Assembly: GCA_964220215.1 (NCBI GenBank)
Contig: CAXPTH010000013.1
Coordinates: 1-23,306 of the forward strand
DNA length: 23,306 nt
From: Alteromonas sp.
GTDB lineage: Bacteria; Margulisbacteria; Marinamargulisbacteria; UBA6595
Reading direction: 5' to 3'
The notes beneath the pieces are model-generated. The model worked only from the letters and a program-made list of their open reading frames with translations. It had not been told where the DNA came from and searched no databases. This document shows positions 1 through 8,912 of the stretch, in pieces. Within the stretch, counting starts at the first letter, position 1; every line of letters starts with the position of its first letter. The position numbers were made by a program, and so were the translations under genes.

Positions 1-61
1 TGCCTAATAAAAAAAACAAGCCAATACATAAATGTTTTACAATAATTTTATTAATTTTCAT
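1..61 (-). CDS. 5' end of a secreted/outer-membrane protein running off the window (partial)
   Basis: ATG at 61 reads MKINKIIVKHLCIGLFFLLG..., a basic-then-hydrophobic signal-peptide pattern. Purine-rich RBS (GAGGTAAAGGA, 82-72) and a consensus promoter lie upstream. Not in the ORF track because it is cut by the window edge. Confidence 0.65.
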   Translation of the reverse strand, partial: MKINKIIVKHLCIGLFFLLG

Positions 62-109
62 AACACTAATATCCTTTACCTCTCTAATCTCCCTTATCTC
101 TAAAATTAA

Positions 110-140
110 ATTATAACAAATAAACTACCATGATTGTCAA
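110..140 (-). promoter_or_regulatory. sigma70-type promoter for the gene starting at 61
   Basis: Minus strand TTGACA (140-135), 19 bp spacer, TATAAT (115-110), with a TG extended -10 motif (TGTTATAAT). Confidence 0.7.
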
Positions 141-232
141 TAAAAACAAGTATAAAATGCTAATAGCTTTAAAATCTATCAGAGGCAAATGACTTTATTT
201 AACCAGCTTTAGAATTTATACGATGTACTCAG

Positions 233-248
233 TGTGATACTGCTCACA
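233..248. promoter_or_regulatory. CRP/FNR-family binding site candidate
   Basis: TGTGA-TACTGC-TCACA is an exact TGTGA-N6-TCACA palindrome in intergenic DNA. Confidence 0.55.
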
Positions 249-333
249 GTCATTGTCAATTTATCAGCTAGACCAAGTGTGAGTAGGTTGCTGAGAAAAC
301 CAGCACCTGTTCTTGTATACCCTAAGTCAACAC

Positions 334-879
334 TTAAATGATCTGAAACTCTATATACAAACCCAACAGCATACCAAGCGTATTCCATGTTTCATCGTCA
401 TTGAGAACCCTACCTTCTTCAAAAACTTCAATAACACATGGATAACCTATTGTTCCATACAGAGATACCTTTGATAAAAGATAAACGCCAACATTTCCTG
501 CTATCCCTACCTGTTGATTAATATGCATTTTTATATTTGAAGTCGTTGTATCATTTTTTTTAAGCTGCCCATCAAATGTATTTAGAAACGCATAAATATC
601 AAAATAATGCTTAGTGAACTGAAACGTATACCTACCTTTATAACTTAACCCGGTTAAATTACCACGCGTCACCATATCTTTCTTGTTCGCTTATTGACCC
701 CGTCAATATACCAGGCTCTCTTTTTGCATCTGCTAAATAACTTCCAAAACCAGCACCAACAAACCACCCGTTTTCAACCATACTAACGCTATCCATAGGG
801 GCATTCGTATAAACCTTCGCTGTTACACTACTGCACAATAAAAAAAAACAAAGCAGTATTTTATGACTATTTTTTTCAT
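334..879 (-). pseudogene. Frameshifted outer-membrane beta-barrel-like protein (~181 aa if repaired)
   Basis: ATG at 879 overlaps the uvrB stop (ATGA). MKKIVIKYCFVFF shifts frame at a T9 tract (848-840) to LLCSSVTAKVY...GWFVGAGFGSY..., then shifts back between 690 and 662 into ORF 334..675, which has alternating beta-strand patterns (QVGIAGNVGVY, VSLYGTIGY, LLGLYIEF). Confidence 0.6.
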
Positions 880-2894
880 AATATATCCTCGTTCAACTTC
901 TCAATCTGATCCCGTAAAACAGCAGCCACTTCAAAATTAAGTTCTGCGGCAGCCGCTTCCATTTTTTGAGTCAGCTCCTGGATTAAATCTGGCAACGGCG
1001 TTTCGGCATCGGGTTTAGCCACCGCCTGGACAGCTGCTTTCACGGCCTCGCGATCCGCATCTCGAATATCGCTCACTTTGCGCATGACCGTTTTGGGCAC
1101 AATGCCGTGCGTCTTGTTGTATGCCAATTGTTTGTCCCGTCGCCGTTGGGTTTCACGCTGCGCACCTTGAATGGACTTCGTCAGCTTATCCGCATACAAA
1201 ATAACGGTGCCGTTTTGATTCCGAGCCGCCCGCCCCATGGTTTGAATTAATGACCGCTCATTACGCAAAAACCCTTCTTTATCCGCATCTAAAATGGCCA
1301 CCAACGATACCTCCGGCAAGTCCAAGCCTTCCCGCAATAAATTCACCCCCACCAACACATCAAAGATACCCACCCGCAGATCGTGCAAAATATCAATACG
1401 CTCCAACGCATCAATATCCGAATGCAGGTAACGAACTTTAAAGCCAGCATTAACCAAATAATCGGTTAATTCCTCAGACGACTTTTTTGTCAGTGTTGTC
1501 ACCAAGACCCGCTCATCCACCGCCACCCGTTGGCGTGTTTCTTCAATTAAATCCGATACTTGGCCTTGAATCGGGCGAATGGTAATCACCGGATCCACCA
1601 AGCCCGTCGGGCGAATCACCTGCTCCACCACATCCGGGCTTTGCCACGCCACACTCACCGACGGCTCCGAAACCGAATCGGGCCAGACACATTGATCCAG
1701 CTCATACGGACCTGGGGTGGCCGACACATAAATAGTCTGTTTTTTGCGTTGCTCAAACTCCTCAAACGTCAGTGGCCGATTATCAAACGCCGACGGCAAC
1801 CGAAACCCATGCGACACCAACGACTCTTTCCGACTCCGATCGCCACGATACATGCCCCGAACCTGGGGCATCGTCACATGGGATTCGTCCACAATGGTAA
1901 TAAAATCATCGGGAAAAAAGTCGAGCAAAACATCCGGTGGACTTCCCGGCGCACGATTTTCAATCACACGCGAATAGTTCTCAATGCCTTTGCAATACCC
2001 CAACTCCCGCATCATAGCGATATCATAGCGCGTTCGCTTTTCCAATCGCTTGGCCTCCAGTTCTAATCCTTGCTGATTGAGTTCCTTAATCCGAGCCGCT
2101 AATTCGGTTTTAATTCGGCCAATGGCCGGGCTTAAATCATCCTCGACAACATAGTGCGTAGCTGGAAAAATAGACACTTCTGACAAATTATTTAACACCT
2201 CACCCGACACCGAATGGCAACGACTAATGCCCTCAAGCGTATCGCCAAAAAACTCAAACCGAATCGTCGCCTCATCCCAACTGGGAAACAGCTCAATAAC
2301 CTCACCCCGCACCCGATAAGCCCCCGGGCTCAGTTGAATATCATTGCGTTCGTAATGCAACTCATGCAGCGTCGTTAAAAATGCAGAGCGATCATACTCG
2401 TGATTCAACCGAACCGACACCACCGCATCATAGTACGCCTTGGGAGACCCCAAGCCATAAATGCAAGACACCGAAGCGACAATAATCACGTCCTTGCGCA
2501 AAAACAAAGACCGCGTCGCGTGGTGGCGCAACCGTTCAATTTCTTCGTTAATTTGGGCCTCTTTTTCGATATAAATATCCCGAGCCGCAATATACGCCTC
2601 TGGCTGATAATAATCATAATAAGAAATAAAATAGTCCACCACATTGTTGGGAAAAAACGACCGAAATTCCGAACACAATTGTGCCGCCAATGTTTTATTA
2701 TGCGCCAAGACCAACGCCGGTCGATTCACATTGGCAATCACGTTGGCAATGGTAAAGGTTTTCCCACTACCCGTAACCCCCAATAATACTTGATTGTCTT
2801 TGCCTGCGTTTAACCCTGCCGTTAATCGGTCAATGGCGTCCGGCTGGTCCCCGGCTGGCCGATATTCAGAAACCAGTTGAAACGCCGATGGCAT
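876..2894 (-). CDS. uvrB: Excinuclease ABC subunit B
   Basis: GVTGSGKT Walker A, SYYDYYQPEAY beta-hairpin, DESH, NLLREGLDLPEVSLV, QTMGRAARN and a C-terminal UVR motif (LNFEVAAVLRD). Confidence 0.99.
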   Translation of the reverse strand: MPSAFQLVSEYRPAGDQPDAIDRLTAGLNAGKDNQVLLGVTGSGKTFTIANVIANVNRPALVLAHNKTLAAQLCSEFRSFFPNNVVDYFISYYDYYQPEAYIAARDIYIEKEAQINEEIERLRHHATRSLFLRKDVIIVASVSCIYGLGSPKAYYDAVVSVRLNHEYDRSAFLTTLHELHYERNDIQLSPGAYRVRGEVIELFPSWDEATIRFEFFGDTLEGISRCHSVSGEVLNNLSEVSIFPATHYVVEDDLSPAIGRIKTELAARIKELNQQGLELEAKRLEKRTRYDIAMMRELGYCKGIENYSRVIENRAPGSPPDVLLDFFPDDFITIVDESHVTMPQVRGMYRGDRSRKESLVSHGFRLPSAFDNRPLTFEEFEQRKKQTIYVSATPGPYELDQCVWPDSVSEPSVSVAWQSPDVVEQVIRPTGLVDPVITIRPIQGQVSDLIEETRQRVAVDERVLVTTLTKKSSEELTDYLVNAGFKVRYLHSDIDALERIDILHDLRVGIFDVLVGVNLLREGLDLPEVSLVAILDADKEGFLRNERSLIQTMGRAARNQNGTVILYADKLTKSIQGAQRETQRRRDKQLAYNKTHGIVPKTVMRKVSDIRDADREAVKAAVQAVAKPDAETPLPDLIQELTQKMEAAAAELNFEVAAVLRDQIEKLNEDIL

Positions 2895-3833
2895 TTAATG
2901 ATTCAAAAACCGTTCCGCATCCAACGCGGCCTGACACCCACTACCCGCAGCCGATATCGCTTGCCGATACGTAAAATCTTGCACATCCCCACAGGCAAAG
3001 ACACCCGGCACCGACGTGGCCATAGACGGCGCATGTGGCGTTTGAATATACCCATTGTCATGCAGCGCCACTTGCCCCTCTAAAAAAGCCGTATTGGGCT
3101 CATGACCAATCGCATAGAAAATACCCGATGTTGCCACGGTTTCAATAGTGCCATCCGGACCAATCAAATCCGCTTCGGTTAGTACCTGCTCATTGCCACG
3201 AACCGCATGCAATTCAGCATTGTACCGAATGGTAATTTTGTCATTGCTTTCCGCGCGGCGTTGCATGACTTGAGACGCTCGCAAGTGATCTTTTCGAACA
3301 ACCATCGTGACTTGACTCGCAAACTTGGTTAAGTAAGCCGCCTCTTCCACCGCTGAATCCCCACCCCCAATCACCAACAGGTGCTTATTGCGAAACAATG
3401 GTAATGCCCCATCACACACCGCACAGGCCGACATGCCCCGCTGCCAGTAAGTCTCTTCCCCAGCCACATGCAACCGACGGGCCGTAGCCCCTGTGGCTAA
3501 AATTAACGTCTCCGCATGGTACACGGCGTCACCCACATGCACCGCAAAGGGCCGCTGGCTCATATCAACCCGGTCCACGGTTTCGGTCCGAATATCGGTT
3601 CCGCAGGCAATGGACTGTTGGCGCATGCGATCCATTAACTCCGGGCCTAAAATACCATCCGGAAATCCGGGAAAATTCTCAACGTCGGTGGTTGTCGTCA
3701 ACTGCCCCCCAGCGGCCACCCCACCCGCCATGAGCCCTTCAAACATCACGGGGGCTAGCGCCGCACGTGCGGCATAAATTGCTGCCGTATGACCCGCAGG
3801 GCCTGAACCAATAATAATGACCGGATGTACCAT
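2895..3833 (-). CDS. trxB: Thioredoxin-disulfide reductase
   Basis: IIGSGPAG FAD motif, GGQLTTTTDVENFPGF, CAVC redox motif, GGGDSAVEEA, GVFACGDV. Start placed at ATG 3833 behind AGGAGG (3847-3842). Confidence 0.98.
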   Translation of the reverse strand: MVHPVIIIGSGPAGHTAAIYAARAALAPVMFEGLMAGGVAAGGQLTTTTDVENFPGFPDGILGPELMDRMRQQSIACGTDIRTETVDRVDMSQRPFAVHVGDAVYHAETLILATGATARRLHVAGEETYWQRGMSACAVCDGALPLFRNKHLLVIGGGDSAVEEAAYLTKFASQVTMVVRKDHLRASQVMQRRAESNDKITIRYNAELHAVRGNEQVLTEADLIGPDGTIETVATSGIFYAIGHEPNTAFLEGQVALHDNGYIQTPHAPSMATSVPGVFACGDVQDFTYRQAISAAGSGCQAALDAERFLNH

Positions 3834-3849
3834 CTCGAATGCCTCCTTC

Positions 3850-5967
3850 TTATAAATCAAACAAATCGGTTACCGGTGCAGATTCATGCATTGGAACCAC
3901 CCCGGTTTCAATTTCTTTGGGCTCACGCCCAACCCAATATTTTTCCATTGTCACGGTTTCAGACTGTGGGCCGGCTAATTTGCCTGTGGCCCAGCTCACT
4001 TGCTCAGACACCAAGCCAGTAGGACTCGGAAACCGCTGGGGGTTAATGTCTTGCACACAATATTTCATAAAGTCTCGCCACATCAACGCCGGGATCCAAC
4101 CACCCGTAACCTGATTCATGGGTTCATTGTCATCATTTCCCACCCAGGCTACCGTTACCATTTGTGGAATAAAGCCAAAAAACCAAGCATCTTTATAATT
4201 GGACGTTGTCCCCGTTTTTCCGGCAATGGGACGGGGCAGGCGTGCGTTGCGCCCGGTCCCATAGTTTAATACCCCAGTCATCATATCCACTAAGGCTAAA
4301 ATCATTTTTCGAGAGTACACCTGCTTTTCCTGATGCTGGTGTTTATACAACACCGTACCGTTTCGGTCTTCAATACTCAAAATAGACACCGGTTCAACCC
4401 GAATTCCATTGTTGGCAAACACGCCATAGGCAGCCGCCAAATCAATCATGGTGACTTCAAATGCACCCAAGGGCAAGGACAGCACAGGCTTCAAATCAGC
4501 AGCAATCCCAATCTGTTTGGCGGTCCGAACCACGGCTTCAGGAGTCACCATATCATTTAATTTCACCGCAACAACGTTGACGGACAACTCCAACGCCCGA
4601 CGCATGGGCAACAAGCCTCGGAACTTTTTGTTGTAATTTTGTGGAGTATAGACCCCCTCAATGGTATTAAATGATATTTCTGAATCATCAATAAACGACC
4701 CTGGGGAAAAGCCATGCTCTAAGGCGGTTAGATAGACAAACGGCTTAAACGCAGAACCGGGTTGACGTTGAGCTTGGGTCACCCGATTAAATTGCGTATC
4801 CAAAAAGTCATTGCCCCCTTGCATGGCTAGAATATAGCCAGTACGTGGATCCATGGCCAAAATAGCCGCCTGGGAATACCCCAGTCCATCCACCCGCTGT
4901 TTTTTGATCCAATGGGGTTTTTGGGCTTCTGAAATATATGTATCAACCACCGCTTTGGCTTTTTCTTGATACCGGTAGTTTAGGGTGGTTCGGACCTTGA
5001 GCCCCGAAGTATAGGTATCTTTCTCCCCATACATTTCAATTAACTGTTTTAATACATGGGAGGTAAAGTAGGGGGCTTTGTACCGGAGTTTTTTTTGTTT
5101 TTGATAGATTAATTCTTCAACATAGGCTTGCTGCGCTTGCGCCTCCGTAATTAACCCCAGAGCCGCCATACGGTTTAATACAACGCGTTGCCGCCGTTTA
5201 GCCCGCACTTTATTGCGCAAGGGGCTATACAGTTCCGGGCCTTTAAGCAAGCCCACGAGCATGGCCGACTCGGCAACACGCAAATTTTGGCTGGATTTGC
5301 CAAAATAATACTGGGATGCGGATTCGATGCCATAGGTGTTATGCCCCCAGTACACTTGGTTGAGGTACATTTCTAAAATGTCCGTTTTGGTAAAATGCTT
5401 TTCAATTTGGATAGCAAGCAGGGCTTCTTCTAATTTTCTTAAAATTGTCTTGCGCTTGGTTAAAAATAGATTTCGGGCCAATTGTTGGGTTAGTGTGCTT
5501 CCCCCTTCGACAAACTCCATCGCAATAATATCCCGATACAAGGCCCGCATAATAGATTTCGCATTGAGTCCATTGTGATCATAAAAATCCGTGTCTTCCA
5601 TGGCAATGACGGTTTGTTTCAAAATGGGCGATATGGATTCAATGGGCTTTAATACCCTATTTTCTTCTTCGTGCAATTCGGCCAAAACCACCCCATCGTG
5701 GGAGTATATTTTAGTCGTTTCAGCGGGGATATAGGTATTAATGGTAGTGACATCGGGCAAGCCTCGGTGCAAATACACCAATACAGTGGTTAGTCCAATT
5801 AGGCCAATCGTTCCACACACAACGCCCATTCCCAACACCATTCGAATGCTGCGCCACACTTTTTGACGCCGATGCCGCTTTAAAAAATGCGACTGCCCCC
5901 GAATCTTGTTCATGGATTTTTCGATCCTGCTGACCGAATATCGAGACCGAAAGTTGCGCTTTGCCAT
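3850..5967 (-). CDS. Class A penicillin-binding protein (PBP1A family transglycosylase/transpeptidase)
   Basis: Basic N-terminus and TM anchor; GT motifs EDxxFYxHxG, GGSTLTQQL, RKLEE; TP motifs SAFK, SVN, KTG. Confidence 0.97.
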   Translation of the reverse strand: MAKRNFRSRYSVSRIEKSMNKIRGQSHFLKRHRRQKVWRSIRMVLGMGVVCGTIGLIGLTTVLVYLHRGLPDVTTINTYIPAETTKIYSHDGVVLAELHEEENRVLKPIESISPILKQTVIAMEDTDFYDHNGLNAKSIMRALYRDIIAMEFVEGGSTLTQQLARNLFLTKRKTILRKLEEALLAIQIEKHFTKTDILEMYLNQVYWGHNTYGIESASQYYFGKSSQNLRVAESAMLVGLLKGPELYSPLRNKVRAKRRQRVVLNRMAALGLITEAQAQQAYVEELIYQKQKKLRYKAPYFTSHVLKQLIEMYGEKDTYTSGLKVRTTLNYRYQEKAKAVVDTYISEAQKPHWIKKQRVDGLGYSQAAILAMDPRTGYILAMQGGNDFLDTQFNRVTQAQRQPGSAFKPFVYLTALEHGFSPGSFIDDSEISFNTIEGVYTPQNYNKKFRGLLPMRRALELSVNVVAVKLNDMVTPEAVVRTAKQIGIAADLKPVLSLPLGAFEVTMIDLAAAYGVFANNGIRVEPVSILSIEDRNGTVLYKHQHQEKQVYSRKMILALVDMMTGVLNYGTGRNARLPRPIAGKTGTTSNYKDAWFFGFIPQMVTVAWVGNDDNEPMNQVTGGWIPALMWRDFMKYCVQDINPQRFPSPTGLVSEQVSWATGKLAGPQSETVTMEKYWVGREPKEIETGVVPMHESAPVTDLFDL

Positions 5968-6124
5968 TCCTATCGTTTAATGGTATCACAAATAGTGAAT
6001 GGGCTAAACATCCTGCGATGGCTTTGCTGAAGCAGCACCTTATATTGATGAATTGCCATTCAGCCCTAAACTCATTATATCTCCCCCCGAAAAAATTAAC
6101 TGAAAATTTAAAAACTGATTAATA

Positions 6125-6700
6125 TTAGCTATGAACTAAGCCAGTCATGCCTTTGGGCTGACCTTCAGGCTGATTCTTAGAAAAGCGCCAATGTGTTATT
6201 AACCGCATAGCCACCCGCACATAACGGCCACTAAACAAACGAATGAAAACACTTCTCAGCTTCTTTGACTCGACTATTTTTTTTAGAATAGCTTCATGCG
6301 CACGTGTAGCATAATTGCTTAGCATCATAAGGAACATTAGCACCCTTCATCACACCGCCCATGCCTTTTAAAATACTACCCAGATCTAAGCTAGCTATTT
6401 GTTCTCGAATAACTTCATTAACAGCCAAATTAGCCAACGCACGTGCAGCCTGTTTCTTAGTATCATCAGATCTAGCATTCAAAGCCTCACAAAACCCTCG
6501 AGTTTCCCAAGCTACCGCAAACTTAACCCGGAGCATTGCTACCCCACGACTACACCATCTTAGTTTGAAATAACTTCTGTTTGAACTGAGATATCCCCAA
6601 AGCTCATGGTAAACAAGCAATGATCATCATCAGAATACGACCGAAACACTCCGGCATTTGCTAACAATTCTTTCAAAAAAAGTTCATCTTGTTTTGACAT
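6125..6700 (-). pseudogene. Decayed armadillo/HEAT-repeat-containing gene
   Basis: AGGAGG (6716-6711) precedes ATG 6700 (MSKQDELFLKELL...), which stops at 6562-6560. Further stops and frame changes follow. Joining LGKLEGFVRL with LNARSDDTKKQAARALANLAVNEVIREQIA across a frameshift gives an ARM-repeat-like unit. Confidence 0.55.
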
Positions 6701-6935
6701 TAAACCCGATCCTCCTAGCCCAGCATTTTATTCATTATTTCATCCGTGATTTTAAACACGTACACTATCAATACCCAAAAATCCAAAATACTAAACATTG
6801 CGCATACAACGTAAATTTAAAAAAACCCCATTAGATCTATTGAGATTAATATGCTAGTATATTGTCAACACTAATTATTAGGTTGCCTGTATTACTTCAA
6901 ACTATATTGTCCAAAAGAAATACTGTATTAGCTAG

Positions 6936-6957
6936 TGTGATTCAATGATTAATCACA
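6936..6957. promoter_or_regulatory. Dyad operator candidate upstream of the glgA-like gene
   Basis: TGTGATT-N8-AATCACA perfect inverted repeat with a nested TGATTAATCA palindrome (6946-6955), just upstream of the RBS AAGGAG (6966-6971). Confidence 0.35.
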
Positions 6958-6982
6958 AAAAAATAAAGGAGTATAAATTATT

Positions 6983-7729
6983 ATGAATATTGTAATTATA
7001 TCCGCTGAAATGGCCCCCCTTGCTGTTGATGGCACCGGTATTATTGCAAACGAAATTGCCCAAACCGGCAATTATCTAGCCGAACAGGGTGCATCTGTTC
7101 TGCAATTTCTACCCCGCTATGCCTGGGTCTCAAAAAAAACCGACATCACTCGGATCTACCGTCGCATCCGATTGCGCATGGGCCAAGGCAATAAAGAATT
7201 TAATATCTATCAGCATGAAACACTAGAGCCCGGTGTTCAGCCCTATTTTATTGGTAAAGATTTGTATTTTAAGCGCGATACCTGCTACAGCGATAGCACC
7301 GGCACCTACCCCGATCATTTCGAACGATTCGAATATTTCTCCATGGCATTTCTAGAAGCACTTAAAGTTATTGATTTCAAACCCGATATTATCTTATGTA
7401 TGGGTGGCCCACTAGCCATCGCCACACCGCTAATTAAATCTGCCCCCAGTCAAGTTAATTTCTATGATAATGCCTCTGTATTTTACATTGATTTTACCGG
7501 TGGGCCTGCCAACATTTGCGACACACAAACATTCCAATCATTAAACGTATCCGAATTCCTGGATTCCAACTATCAATCTGGCGACACCGTTAACTTCAGC
7601 GAAATTGGAATCGCCAATGCCGATAAATCCTACATCGTAGACACAAAATCCGGTGGGACATTAAATAAAGCCGCACTTTTCGCTGACATCAAAGCTGCGA
7701 TAGAGACGCGTCAAGTACAGTTTGCATAA
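6983..7729 (+). CDS. Stand-alone glycogen/starch synthase N-terminal (Glyco_transf_5-like) domain protein, motif-degenerate
   Basis: MNIVIISAEMAPLA, FLPRY, YPDHFERFEYFS, FKPDII and VNFSEIGIANAD match the GlgA N-lobe by eye. KTGGL, HDW and TIHN motifs are absent and there is no C-terminal GT-B lobe. Confidence 0.8.
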   Translation: MNIVIISAEMAPLAVDGTGIIANEIAQTGNYLAEQGASVLQFLPRYAWVSKKTDITRIYRRIRLRMGQGNKEFNIYQHETLEPGVQPYFIGKDLYFKRDTCYSDSTGTYPDHFERFEYFSMAFLEALKVIDFKPDIILCMGGPLAIATPLIKSAPSQVNFYDNASVFYIDFTGGPANICDTQTFQSLNVSEFLDSNYQSGDTVNFSEIGIANADKSYIVDTKSGGTLNKAALFADIKAAIETRQVQFA

Positions 7730-8552
7730 GCCCCGACGGTGGGCATTGACCGGTGAAGTGCCGAAACGCGACTTCACCTTGGCCCACCAACATCGCCTTG
7801 CCATAAATACAGTATGCCCCTTGGCGTTTAGCCTCAACTAAAAAGGGCGTATCTTGGGGAATATACACCGTGTCATAACACGTATGCGAGGCTGTTAGTG
7901 TCGCATGTTCCGGCAACCACCGATCAACCGAGAATCCCTGCATGCCAATCGGCGTTGCATTCACAATAATACTATGGTCCGCAATCATGGCCGGCGTAAC
8001 CGGCCACGGCAATGCCGCGGTCTGGCAATGCTGCGCAGCCCCCACGGTATTCAATAGCGTTTGCGCTTTGGTTGTATCACGCGCAACCACAGTAATCGCT
8101 GACACCCGACGCATCAGACCCGCCACAATCGCACACGCTGCCCCGCCCGCTCCCACCAGCAACACACGCCCCCGTTTTAAGGCATCGGAGCCATCGCTAA
8201 ATCCGGACATAAATCCAGCGCTATCGGTGTTGTATCCAATTAAACGCCCATGGTCATTGAGAATAACATTAACGGCATTGGCCTCCTGAGCGGTGGCATC
8301 CAACTGATCCAAATACGGCATCACCGCCTGTTTGTACGGAATGGTAACATTTACCCCCCGGAACGGTAGCGACCGGATACCATTTAATGCCCCGGATAAC
8401 TGGTCCGGCTCAACCGGTAAATGCAAATACTGCATCGGGATACCCAATGCATCCAACGCCGATTGCTGCATGTTCGGGGACAAACTATGCGAAACGGGAT
8501 TCCCTAAAATACCCAGCAATAAATTCGTGCCTGTTGGATCTTGATTTTTCAT
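7689..8552 (-). CDS. aroE: Shikimate dehydrogenase
   Basis: GNPVSHSLSP, NVTIPYK, GYNTD, GAGGAA, VNATPIGM, MLVGQG. Start taken at ATG 8552 to avoid overlap with rpsF. The 3' end overlaps the convergent glgA-like gene by 41 nt. Confidence 0.97.
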   Translation of the reverse strand: MKNQDPTGTNLLLGILGNPVSHSLSPNMQQSALDALGIPMQYLHLPVEPDQLSGALNGIRSLPFRGVNVTIPYKQAVMPYLDQLDATAQEANAVNVILNDHGRLIGYNTDSAGFMSGFSDGSDALKRGRVLLVGAGGAACAIVAGLMRRVSAITVVARDTTKAQTLLNTVGAAQHCQTAALPWPVTPAMIADHSIIVNATPIGMQGFSVDRWLPEHATLTASHTCYDTVYIPQDTPFLVEAKRQGAYCIYGKAMLVGQGEVAFRHFTGQCPPSGLMQTVLDASLSQL

Positions 8553-8577
8553 ACTACTTTGTCGTATTATAAGATGC
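8541..8577. promoter_or_regulatory. Candidate bidirectional promoter between aroE and rpsF
   Basis: Plus strand TTGATT (8541-8546), 18 bp, TATTAT (8565-8570), ending 7 nt before the rpsF ATG. Minus strand TATAAT at 8571-8566 points to aroE. Confidence 0.5.
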
Positions 8578-8910
8578 ATGTTAAAAAATTACGAATTTCT
8601 ATATACAACGAGCGGCACACTATCAGCTGACGAGTTTGAAAAAATAAAAGAAAAAATTGATAGTATCGTAGCCACCGACGGTGGAAGTATTATTGAAGAA
8701 AAAGATTTGGGGACCCGAACTTTATTACTCAAGCGAAACAAAACAACCCGAGGCACCTTGCGCATCTACCAAGTGTCTTTGAGCACAACTGGGTTAAAAG
8801 AATTGAGAAATTTTGTTTTGGTTACTGAAAGTATTTTATCGCATTACATTGTCACTGGGGATTCTGTTGTAACCCCAACAATGACACCGTTTGAATACAA
8901 AACAGCCTAG
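8578..8910 (+). CDS. rpsF: 30S ribosomal protein S6 (divergent)
   Basis: NYEFLY, GGSIIEEKDLGTRTL and ESILSHYIV pattern; first gene of an rpsF-ssb-rpsR-rplI cluster. Confidence 0.88.
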   Translation: MLKNYEFLYTTSGTLSADEFEKIKEKIDSIVATDGGSIIEEKDLGTRTLLLKRNKTTRGTLRIYQVSLSTTGLKELRNFVLVTESILSHYIVTGDSVVTPTMTPFEYKTA

Positions 8911-8912
8911 CC

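Noticed and set aside
692..708. Hairpin TATTGAC-CCC-GTCAATA near the second frameshift of the barrel-like gene
   Set aside because: A short AT-rich stem that could be chance; no slippery site identified to support programmed frameshifting.
1250..5989. Many short ORFs overlapping uvrB, trxB and pbp1A
   Set aside because: Shadow frames of well-supported genes, with no recognisable motifs.
8553..8579. Longer aroE start at 8579
   Set aside because: Overlaps the rpsF start codon head-to-head and adds no conserved residues.
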